The translations under genes and the position numbers were made by a program. A DNA stretch of 56,829 bases from Candidatus Pacearchaeota archaeon (GTDB lineage Archaea > Nanobdellota > Nanobdellia > Pacearchaeales > GW2011-AR1), in assembly GCA_017609745.1 (NCBI GenBank), contig JAFCDK010000001.1, positions 1 through 56,829 on the forward strand. The letters run 5' to 3'. How positions within the stretch are numbered: position 1 is the first letter of the stretch; every line of letters begins with the position of its first letter. The notes beneath the pieces are model-generated. The model was not told the DNA's origin. It worked only from the letters and a program-made list of their open reading frames with translations, and did no database searches. Of the stretch, positions 46,144 to 54,974 are shown in pieces.

Positions 46144-47193
46144 TTAAGAATACTTATTTTTAAACAACTCATCATACTCATTACCTAAATGTTCTTTAAA
46201 AAATTCTCTTGCTTGTTTTAGCATTTGTCTGACTGGCAATTGATTATGGCAATTTTCTTCGCAAGTTCCACATTCTATGCAGGAATAAGGATCTGGCTTT
46301 CCTTTCATGGATTTTCTAAATCTTCCTAATGCTTGTTCTAGTAATCCAATTTTAATTGCATAATTGTATAGATAAAGAACATTTCCTATTGGAATCTTTT
46401 GCGGACAGGTTGGCTCGCAATAATGACATGATTGGCACATTCCTTCTAAACCTTTGATACTATTTCTTAATTCTTCTCTTTCTGATTCTATTAGTAGGGG
46501 GGCTTCTGCATTTTCAACATTTTCTCTAACTTGCTCTATAGTTATCATTCCTGGAATAACAGTTGAAACAGGATGTTCAAGCTCCCATTTTAATGCAAGG
46601 TTTGTTTTTTGAATATTTCCGCCATCTAAAGGTTTCATAGCTATATAACCAATTCCTTTTTCTTGAGCTTCATAAACTGCTTTAAACTCTCTTTTAATTG
46701 GATTAAAAGGAAATTGTAAAACCCCCCAATGCCCCAATTCTAAGGCCTTTAATGCAACATCTTCTCTGTGTGTGCTAATTCCTAAATGTTTTATCTTTCC
46801 TTCTTGTTTAGCTTGTTTTAAAAAATCCAAAGAACCATTTTCTATTAATTGCTTTAAAGTCTCAAGAGAATCAACACAATGATTTTGATAAACATCAATA
46901 TATTCTCTTTTCAAAGCAACTAAACTTGCTTCTAAATCCTTTCTTATTTTTTCAGGAGTTCTTTCTTTAGTTTTAGTCGCAATAATTGCCTCTCTTGGTA
47001 GGTATAAACCAAATTTTTTTTCACTATCACCATAAGAACTTGCATGAGAAGTATCAAAAAAATTAATTCCTTGGTTAATAGCCGCCTTTAATACTTTTTC
47101 AGCTTGTTCATTTGAAACTCCTTGTAAAGGAATGCCGCCAAAACCAATAACAGAAACTTTTAGACCTGTTTTACCCAATTCTCTAAATTTCAT
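46144..47193 (-). CDS. aldo/keto reductase with C-terminal 2x[4Fe-4S]-type cysteine motifs
   Basis: MKFRELGKTGLKVSVIGFGG (the Met at 47193 gives the canonical AKR N-terminus), FFDTSHASSYGDSE, HLGISTH. C-terminal CQSCHYCEPTCP and CIECGTCEENC. Confidence 0.75.
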   Translation of the reverse strand: MKFRELGKTGLKVSVIGFGGIPLQGVSNEQAEKVLKAAINQGINFFDTSHASSYGDSEKKFGLYLPREAIIATKTKERTPEKIRKDLEASLVALKREYIDVYQNHCVDSLETLKQLIENGSLDFLKQAKQEGKIKHLGISTHREDVALKALELGHWGVLQFPFNPIKREFKAVYEAQEKGIGYIAMKPLDGGNIQKTNLALKWELEHPVSTVIPGMITIEQVRENVENAEAPLLIESEREELRNSIKGLEGMCQSCHYCEPTCPQKIPIGNVLYLYNYAIKIGLLEQALGRFRKSMKGKPDPYSCIECGTCEENCHNQLPVRQMLKQAREFFKEHLGNEYDELFKNKYS

Positions 47194-47414
47194 ACGAATA
47201 AAGATTTTAAACATTTAAAAAGATTATTGAGATTTACCTTACACCCATAGTTACATAATTATTTAAATATAAAATTTCCATTACTAGCATGAAAAAAGTA
47301 GTTGTATTTGAAATTAGTGAATAAGAGCTTGAGATTATTCTTGAAAAGATATTTAATCCAACAAGAATGAAAAATAATTCGAGATTATTAACAGAAGAAA
47401 ACTTAAAAAATCTA

Positions 47415-48182
47415 TTAATCAGAATATATCAAAAAGGTTTCATGTTTCTTTTTCACCCAATCGCCAAGTTCGTACCAATTAAATCCTTCAAAATGTTTAG
47501 TTGGTTTTTTCCAATCACCATATTTTTTTTCTAAGTATTTTTTAGAAGATGAAGGAACTTTTAATTTAAGACCATAAAAATTAATAGTTTTTAAATTAAG
47601 AAAATAGTTGGCTGGAACATCTAAATAATGAATAGTCATTTTATAGAAAGGGGATACAAAAATTTTAACAATTTTATAGATTAATGGTTTGAATTTTTTA
47701 GGTAAATATTTTAATAAATAGAATAAATTGATTTTAATTAAATACCTTAGCCCATTTGATTTATCAAATTTGATTTTCCCATAATAGGATACACTAAGTA
47801 ATCTGCCTATTTTTATAATGATCTTTCCTGTAAAATTTCCTCCAACCGGTTTTTCTAATAATATTTTCTTATGGTCTTTTGGATTGTATCTCATTAATTG
47901 AACATTAATTTTTATTAAATTTTTATCAATATTCATTACATCCCATAAAAAATAAACTGAAAATCCTTTTTTTTCTAACTCGTTTGTTAATTTCTTTTTT
48001 ATAAATTTGCTATCTACATATTCTGCAAGAATTCCTAAATCAATATCATCATCCCAAGGGATAATTTTTTTGTCTCTAATTGCTCCTAACAAAGTTCCAA
48101 ATTCTAACCAGAAAGGGATTTTATTATTATCAAAAACTTCTTTTACTTCCTCTAAATATTCTAATGCAAGCCTTTCGTCCAT
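47415..48182 (-). CDS. LicD-family phospho-headgroup transferase
   Basis: 255 aa. FWLEFGTLLGAIRDKKIIPWDDDIDLGI is the LicD nucleotidyltransferase-fold motif. YL.KKYGDW near the C-terminus. Confidence 0.75.
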   Translation of the reverse strand: MDERLALEYLEEVKEVFDNNKIPFWLEFGTLLGAIRDKKIIPWDDDIDLGILAEYVDSKFIKKKLTNELEKKGFSVYFLWDVMNIDKNLIKINVQLMRYNPKDHKKILLEKPVGGNFTGKIIIKIGRLLSVSYYGKIKFDKSNGLRYLIKINLFYLLKYLPKKFKPLIYKIVKIFVSPFYKMTIHYLDVPANYFLNLKTINFYGLKLKVPSSSKKYLEKKYGDWKKPTKHFEGFNWYELGDWVKKKHETFLIYSD

Positions 48183-48474
48183 TTGAAAATAACTCTAAAT
48201 TTTTTTACTATACTTTAATAAAAATAGAGCTTATAAATTTTATTTCATCATTTTATAATCTTTAGAACTATTCTTTTTAAAAGATTTTGTAGGAGAATCT
48301 AATTAATATACTTGATTGATAATTATTTCTAATTACTTATAGAAAATCTCTAAAAGTCAAAATAAATCAACAATTTTAAGTGTCGATAAAATACAAAATT
48401 TTATTGATTTTATCGCATTATTTATTATATTTCAACTTAATAAAATTTATAATACTAATAATACTAGTAAACCA

Positions 48475-51468
48475 ATGAAAAAAGTGGTATGGAAAAATAA
48501 GACTAATGAACAACTATGTATTACAATTCCAAAGAATTCTGGAATTAAAGATGGAGATATTGTAGAATTAAAAAAATCAACTATAAAAAAGATAGCTTAT
48601 ATTGGAATAGTTGGAGATCTTTTTCATTATGGTCATCTTCAGTCAATAAAATTTGCTAAATCTATAGCAGATTATCTAATATGTGGAGTATTAACTGATA
48701 ATGCAGTGGAAAAATATAGAACAAAACCAATTGCAAACCTTCAAGAAAGAAAAGCAGTTATATCAAGTTTGAGTTATGTTGATAGAGTAATAACTCAACA
48801 TAGTAGAGACCATACTGAAAACTTAAAAAAAATACATGAGGAATTTCCAGATGCAAAATTAATTCTTGTTCATGGAGCTGATTTAAATGAAATTCCAGGT
48901 TCAGAATATATTAGAAAAATAGGTGGAGAAACTATAAAACACCCTTATTATGCGAGACTCTCAACAGTAAAAATAGTTAATCAAATAGTTGAAAATCAAA
49001 ATAAATTTAAAGATATACTTAATTTTTCATCTTTAATTAAAGGAGAATATAAAATTGATTCTGAATATAAAAAAGGAAATAAAATACTTGTCTCTACTAA
49101 AGCAGATACATTGAAGACATTAAAAGATTTACTTAAGAAATCTAAAATTGAAAAATTATTTGTATTTAGTACTTCTGATTGGAAAAATAACAAAGATAGA
49201 ATATTAAAAAACATAAAAGAAAAATTCTCTCCAGAAAAAATCATAATTAGAAGTTCTACATTAAAGGAAGACACTCTAAATACTTCAATGGCTGGATGTT
49301 TTAAAAGCATACTCAATATAAACCCAGATGATATAAAACAAACAGAAATAGCAATAAAAAAGGTAATAGACTCTTATACTAATAAAAAATCAGAGAGTTC
49401 TTTTAACCAAATTCTTATACAATCATATACACAAGATGTTGTAATGAGTGGGGTTATTTTTACAAGGATGATAGATACAAATGCTCCTTATTATCTTATA
49501 AATTATGATGATTCTACTGGAAAGACAGATACTGTTACAAAAGGAATTGAATATAAAACAATAAAAATTTCAAGATTTGTTGGTTTAGATAAAGTGCCAT
49601 ATAAATTCAGAAATCTTTTGGATTCTGTAAAGGAAATTGAATCAATTATTCCAGATATAAATTTAGATATAGAATTTGCTATTAACAAAAAAAAAGAAAT
49701 AATTATTTTTCAAGTTAGACCTTTAATAAAAAATTCATTAATTGATATAAATGATAATTTGATTAAAAATAAAATAGAGACTTTAATTAATAAATTTCAG
49801 GAATTATCAAAACCTAAAAATTCTCTTGCTGGGGAAAAAAATATTTTTGCCGATATGCCAGATTGGAATCCAGCCGAGATACTTGGCCACGCTCCAAACC
49901 ATCTAGATTATTCTCTTTATAATTATATTATAACAGAAGAGGTTTGGCATGAAGCAAGAACTTCTCAGGGGTATTATAATGTGGCTCCTGCAAAATTAGT
50001 TGTCTTATTTGGAAACAAACCATATATAGATGTAAGAAATAGTTTTAATTCATTTATACCAAATACGCTCTCTCCAAATTTAAGAAGTAAATTAATCCAA
50101 TTCTATTTAAATAAACTTAAAAAAAATCCAGAATTACAAGATAAAGTTGAGTTTGAAATTTTATATACTTGTTATGATTTGAGTTTTAATGAAAGATCAA
50201 ACGAGTTGGTGGCTGCTGGTTTTTCAAAAGACGAAATCATCGAATTAAAAAATGCTTTAATAAATTTAACAAATAATCTAATAACTAATTCAAAAAAGTC
50301 TATTCAAGAAGATTTAAAATCTCTTAGAGAAATGGAGAGAAATGAAGAAAAAATAAAAGAAACTCTGAAATTACCATATACCCATTCTATAAATAATTTG
50401 TTAGATAATGCAAAGTTTCTACTTGATGATTGTAAAAAAAAGGGGACAGTTCAATTTTCAAGATTAGCAAGATTAGCTTTTATAGGAAAAATATTTTTGA
50501 AAAGCCTTATTGTCAAAAAAGTAATCGACGAGGAATTTTATAACAAATTTATGAATTCAATAAACACAATAGCCACTGAATTAAAACAAGATTTTAAATT
50601 ATTAAAGATAAACAAAATAACAAAACAAGATTTCATAAAAAAATATGCTCATCTAAGACCAGGCACTTATAATATTGTAAGTTTAAGATATGATTCAAAT
50701 TCAGAATTTCTCAAAGTATTTGATTTTGAACTATCTGATTCTAAACCTGTTAATTTCATATTAAATACAAAAACTGAAGAAAAGATAACTAAAATTTTGA
50801 TGGAAGAAGGATTAGAATTTAATGCATCAGAATTACTAGAATTTGTAAAAACATCAATTAAAGCCAGAGAACTTGCTAAATTCAAATTTACAAAAAATTT
50901 AAGTGATGCAATTGAGTTAATAGCTTTGGCAGGAAGGGAAATGGGATTTACCAGACAAGAATTAGCAAAGTTAGATATTAAAGACTTGTTTTTAAAAAGA
51001 GAAGAGAGTAGGGAAGAATTAACAAAAAGTTGGAAAAAAATTATCTTTTCTAAAATGGATGAAGAAAATATAGATAAATTTTTGGAACTACCTCCATTAA
51101 TCTTTTCTGAGGAGGATTTTCATATTATAAAATATTATTCACCCCAACCAAATTATATAACTCAAAAAAAGATAAAATCTAAACTAGTGAAATTAGATAC
51201 AAATAGCTCAGCCAAATCTGTTGATATTGATGCTAAAATTGTGATGATTGAGAATGCAGATCCAGGGTATGATTGGATATTTACAAGAAATCCTGCCGGC
51301 TTAATAACAAAATATGGTGGCGTTGCTTCTCATATGTCTATAAGATGTGCAGAGTTTGATATTCCTGCTGCAATCGGTTGTGGCATTATATTTGATAATC
51401 TAATTAATTTTAAAGAAATTATTTTAGATTGTGGAATTAAAAAAATAACTCCTTATTTAGGAGAATAA
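48475..51468 (+). CDS. tri-domain enzyme: HxGH cytidylyltransferase + PPDK_N-type ATP-grasp + PEP-utiliser phosphohistidine swivel domain (Cj1418 glutamine-kinase-like core)
   Basis: 997 aa. GIVGDLFHYGHLQSIKFAK...RLSTVKI (TagD-like). IIRSSTLKEDTLNTSMAGCFKSILNI...VMSGVIFTR...IIIFQVRPL (PPDK_N). IENADPGYDWIF..AGLITKYGGVASHMSIRCAEFDIPAAIGCG (swivel His). Confidence 0.7.
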   Translation: MKKVVWKNKTNEQLCITIPKNSGIKDGDIVELKKSTIKKIAYIGIVGDLFHYGHLQSIKFAKSIADYLICGVLTDNAVEKYRTKPIANLQERKAVISSLSYVDRVITQHSRDHTENLKKIHEEFPDAKLILVHGADLNEIPGSEYIRKIGGETIKHPYYARLSTVKIVNQIVENQNKFKDILNFSSLIKGEYKIDSEYKKGNKILVSTKADTLKTLKDLLKKSKIEKLFVFSTSDWKNNKDRILKNIKEKFSPEKIIIRSSTLKEDTLNTSMAGCFKSILNINPDDIKQTEIAIKKVIDSYTNKKSESSFNQILIQSYTQDVVMSGVIFTRMIDTNAPYYLINYDDSTGKTDTVTKGIEYKTIKISRFVGLDKVPYKFRNLLDSVKEIESIIPDINLDIEFAINKKKEIIIFQVRPLIKNSLIDINDNLIKNKIETLINKFQELSKPKNSLAGEKNIFADMPDWNPAEILGHAPNHLDYSLYNYIITEEVWHEARTSQGYYNVAPAKLVVLFGNKPYIDVRNSFNSFIPNTLSPNLRSKLIQFYLNKLKKNPELQDKVEFEILYTCYDLSFNERSNELVAAGFSKDEIIELKNALINLTNNLITNSKKSIQEDLKSLREMERNEEKIKETLKLPYTHSINNLLDNAKFLLDDCKKKGTVQFSRLARLAFIGKIFLKSLIVKKVIDEEFYNKFMNSINTIATELKQDFKLLKINKITKQDFIKKYAHLRPGTYNIVSLRYDSNSEFLKVFDFELSDSKPVNFILNTKTEEKITKILMEEGLEFNASELLEFVKTSIKARELAKFKFTKNLSDAIELIALAGREMGFTRQELAKLDIKDLFLKREESREELTKSWKKIIFSKMDEENIDKFLELPPLIFSEEDFHIIKYYSPQPNYITQKKIKSKLVKLDTNSSAKSVDIDAKIVMIENADPGYDWIFTRNPAGLITKYGGVASHMSIRCAEFDIPAAIGCGIIFDNLINFKEIILDCGIKKITPYLGE

Positions 51469-51469
51469 A

Positions 51470-52972
51470 ATGTGGATTGTAATCTCTCAAAGAAATGATT
51501 TGAATCAATATGGAGATAGAATGGATACTCTCGAAAACAATTATATAAATTATTTTGAAAAATTTGGAATAAAACTCATTCCAATTTCTAATTCAACAAA
51601 AAATATTAATTCTTACTTTGAAAAATTTCCAATTTCAGGTATTATCTTATCTGGAGGAAATGATATAAACCCTGAATTATATAACAAAAAAATTAACGAA
51701 TCTGAAAAGAAAAAATTATTTATCTCTAATGAAAGAGATGAAACAGAAAAAGAACTTTTGAGAATTGCCATAAAAAAGAAAATTCCTGTATTAGGAATTT
51801 GTAGAGGAATGCAATTTATTAATGTTTTTTTTAAAGGTAAATTGATTAATATTAAAGAAGAGAATCAGTCCGAGATAGGGCATCTTGCTACAGAGCACAC
51901 CATCAAAATAATTAATAATAAAGCCAAAAAATTATTAAATAATGAATCAAGAATAAATTCTTACCATGGGTATGGAATAAATAAAAAAACATTATCTTCA
52001 GAATTAGAAATTTTTGCACAAACCGATGATGCATTGATAGAGGGATTATACCATCCTTTATTCCCGATAGTTGGAATTCAATGGCATCCAGAGAGAAAAA
52101 GTCCTGATGAAAGAATAAATAACAAACTAATAGAAGCCTTTTTGAAAAAAGAATTATTTTGGAAAATAAAAAATAAAAAAATGAAAACTATAATTCTTGC
52201 AGCGGGTATGGGAACAAGATTGGGTAAATATAACTCTAATTTGCCCAAATGTTTATTAGAATTTAATAAGAAAACATTGATAGAAAGGCAAATTGAAACA
52301 CTAAGAGCTTGTGGACTAAATGATATAATTGTTGTAAAAGGTTATATGTCTAAAAAACTTCAAATGCCTAATGTTAAATTCTATTTTAATAAAGATTTTG
52401 CAAACACAAATATGGTTGAAACTTTATTTTGTGCTGAAAAAGAAATGGATGATGAACTCTTGGTTTGTTATTCAGATATTCTTTATGATAAAGAAATAAT
52501 AAACAAAATTACATCTAGTCATGTCGATATAGGGGTAGTGGTAGATAAAGATTATTGGGATTATTGGAATGCAAGAATGGATGAACCTGAAAAAGATATG
52601 GAAAGTCTTGTGATTGATGAACAGGGCAAAATAATTGAAATGGGAGATACAACTTGCTCTAGAGATAAAGCTAAGGTAAGATATGTTGGGTTAATTAAAT
52701 TTTCAAAAAAAGGCGTTCAGGCCTTAAAAAAAGTTTATCAGGAGAATAAAGAAAAATACTTTGATAAAGACGAACAATGGTTAAAATCTAAATCATTTAA
52801 AAAAGCTTATATGACCTCTATGTTACAAGCATTGATTAATGAGGGTTATAGAGTAGATCCAATAATAATTTCAAGAGGATGGATGGAATTTGACACAGAA
52901 GAAGATTATGAAAAAGCAAATCTATGGTTAAAAGATGGTTCTATAAAAAGATTTATTAATATTGAAAAATGA
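51470..52972 (+). CDS. bifunctional peptidase-C26/class-I-glutamine-amidotransferase-like hydrolase + LicC/NTP_transf_3-type nucleotidyltransferase (Cj1417-like + Cj1416-like)
   Basis: 500 aa. N-terminus: GIILSGGNDINP, RDETE, PVLGICRGMQFINV, VGIQWHPE. C-terminal half starts MKTIILAAGMGTRLG..LPKCLL, followed by VCYSDILYD. It starts 1 nt after the upstream stop. Confidence 0.7.
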   Translation: MWIVISQRNDLNQYGDRMDTLENNYINYFEKFGIKLIPISNSTKNINSYFEKFPISGIILSGGNDINPELYNKKINESEKKKLFISNERDETEKELLRIAIKKKIPVLGICRGMQFINVFFKGKLINIKEENQSEIGHLATEHTIKIINNKAKKLLNNESRINSYHGYGINKKTLSSELEIFAQTDDALIEGLYHPLFPIVGIQWHPERKSPDERINNKLIEAFLKKELFWKIKNKKMKTIILAAGMGTRLGKYNSNLPKCLLEFNKKTLIERQIETLRACGLNDIIVVKGYMSKKLQMPNVKFYFNKDFANTNMVETLFCAEKEMDDELLVCYSDILYDKEIINKITSSHVDIGVVVDKDYWDYWNARMDEPEKDMESLVIDEQGKIIEMGDTTCSRDKAKVRYVGLIKFSKKGVQALKKVYQENKEKYFDKDEQWLKSKSFKKAYMTSMLQALINEGYRVDPIIISRGWMEFDTEEDYEKANLWLKDGSIKRFINIEK

Positions 52973-54249
52973 GCATTTTAGAATTATTTTTAACAATAAC
53001 TGCAGGAATCTTAATCTTAGAATTATTATCCCAAGCAACAGTAAATTTTTGTAGAAATAAATTTCAGTGGTTAATTACTCAAAAAAAAGACGAAACCCCC
53101 AAAATTGACAAAAAGAAAATTAAAAAAAAATATTTTGAAAAGGGTTTTGATTCCGAATTAGGATGGGTTAGAAAACCAAATACCACTGGTTATGACAAAC
53201 GATTTTTTCAATTTAATGATAATAAATGGGGCTATAAAAAAAGTAAATGGACAATAAACAGATTTGGAGCAAGATTAAATCCAGGTCATGAAAAATTAAA
53301 AAAATCTATGATTTCTTGTTATGGAGATTCTTTTACATTTTCAAGACAGGTTAATGATAATGAAACTTGGGAATATCAGTTATCTAAAAAAACAGGGTTT
53401 AATGTACTTAATTTTGGAGTAGGTAATTATGGACTTGATCAAGCACTGTTAAGGCTACAAAGAGAATTTCCAAAAAATCCTACAAAAATTGTGATTATGG
53501 CAGTTGTTCCAGATACAATAAGCAGGATTCTAAGTTGTTGGAAACATTTTTATGAATATGGAAATATTTGGGCATTTAAACCAAGATTTAAGTTAAATAA
53601 TTTTGGGAATCTTCAGATTATACCAAATATAATTGATAAGCCAGAAAAATTTTTCAAATTAAAACAATATATGGATAGATTAAGAAAACAGGATTTTTTT
53701 TATAAAAAGAAATTTAAAAAAGAGATTATTCAGTTTCCTTATCTTTTCTTTTTAATGAAAAATCCAATAAGAAACTTAAAAATTATATTTGGTGTTATTA
53801 AACATACATTTTTATCTAATTTTTTTAAAAAATATAAAATTATGGAACCTTCTGATTGGCATATAACAAAATTTATTAGAAAAACCAATTTGAGATGGAC
53901 AGTTAAATTGTATAAAGATCCACAAGCAGTCAAATTGATAGAAAAATTAATTGATAAGTTTTTAAAAGAGAGTAAAAAATTTAATTTTAAACCAATCTTT
54001 ATTTTTCTTCCCCAAAAAAATGAAGTTTTATATTATAAAAATAAAGGAAAATTTTATATGCCCTTTTTTAAGAAAATAAGCAGAAAAATTGAAACAATTG
54101 ATATTACCACACCACTCCTTCACCATCCAAATTTAAATTCTCTTTATTCTGAACCCACAATTTATGGAGCACACTATAGCAAAAAAGGAAATGCCTTTGT
54201 TGGTAATATAATTTATCAAAAACTTAAAGAAAAGGGATACTTAAATTAA
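52969..54249 (+). CDS. membrane-anchored SGNH/GDSL-like hydrolase or O-acyltransferase accessory protein
   Basis: 426 aa. N-terminal TM helix. Block I CYGDSFTF, then NFGVGNYGLDQALLRL. ATGA-type overlap with the upstream gene. The family call is tentative. Confidence 0.35.
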   Translation: MSILELFLTITAGILILELLSQATVNFCRNKFQWLITQKKDETPKIDKKKIKKKYFEKGFDSELGWVRKPNTTGYDKRFFQFNDNKWGYKKSKWTINRFGARLNPGHEKLKKSMISCYGDSFTFSRQVNDNETWEYQLSKKTGFNVLNFGVGNYGLDQALLRLQREFPKNPTKIVIMAVVPDTISRILSCWKHFYEYGNIWAFKPRFKLNNFGNLQIIPNIIDKPEKFFKLKQYMDRLRKQDFFYKKKFKKEIIQFPYLFFLMKNPIRNLKIIFGVIKHTFLSNFFKKYKIMEPSDWHITKFIRKTNLRWTVKLYKDPQAVKLIEKLIDKFLKESKKFNFKPIFIFLPQKNEVLYYKNKGKFYMPFFKKISRKIETIDITTPLLHHPNLNSLYSEPTIYGAHYSKKGNAFVGNIIYQKLKEKGYLN

Positions 54250-54267
54250 ATCTAAATTAATTAAACA

Positions 54268-54924
54268 TTAATATTTCCGATAAATCCAATACTTTGATAA
54301 GTAATAAATATGGCACAATATTCCAAAGAATAACAATACCCAAAGATTAGAAAAAATAACCGCTATACTTACTAATATTCTATGCATTCCAGAATCAAAT
54401 AATATACTCCAATGTTTCTTTTTAAAAAATTTATCCTCAAATTCCAAATTTATCTTTTTTTTATTTGGAAACTCTAATTCTCCTGTAATAGATGTTATAA
54501 TTACCATAAGCAAACCATACATCGCAAAGAATCCAATCCATGCAGAACCCATAAAACATCCGGCAAAAAATATTAATAAAGGAAAACTTATTGCCCCAAC
54601 TGTTTCATCTAAGTACCCCCCATAATTTTTTTTTCTTAGATTTTTCTGTTTCTTTCTATTAAAACGCGCAACTTCTCCATCAGATAAATCTAATATTATT
54701 GCTAAATTAACTAATAATCCAGCAATTATCCAAAGTTTGAGATACATCAAATAAATAACTAAAAAATCTGCAAAAAAACTCAAAAGCGTGATAAAATTGG
54801 GATGGAATTTTAATTTAACAAAAAGAGTGCTAATAAGAGCAGATATTTTTCTATAAAAATAAAAAGCAAAATATCCTTGATCAGGTGTTTTTTGCAACCC
54901 CTTTATTTGTGAATATATTGACAT
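54268..54924 (-). CDS. divergent CDP-alcohol phosphatidyltransferase-family membrane protein
   Basis: 218 aa and polytopic. DLSDGEVAR ... GGYLDETVG corresponds to DGxxAR..GxxxDxxxD, but with a longer basic spacer and Gly in place of the last Asp. Confidence 0.45.
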   Translation of the reverse strand: MSIYSQIKGLQKTPDQGYFAFYFYRKISALISTLFVKLKFHPNFITLLSFFADFLVIYLMYLKLWIIAGLLVNLAIILDLSDGEVARFNRKKQKNLRKKNYGGYLDETVGAISFPLLIFFAGCFMGSAWIGFFAMYGLLMVIITSITGELEFPNKKKINLEFEDKFFKKKHWSILFDSGMHRILVSIAVIFSNLWVLLFFGILCHIYYLSKYWIYRKY

Positions 54925-54974
54925 ATATATCCTAGTTTCATAAGCTTTTTAATCTTTATGGAAGTTATTTTTTT

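Noticed and set aside
47215-47414. Short ORF MKKVVVFEISE and a following open frame between the AKR and LicD genes
   Set aside because: It is too short and interrupted, and is likely a remnant or chance frame in a convergent intergenic spacer.
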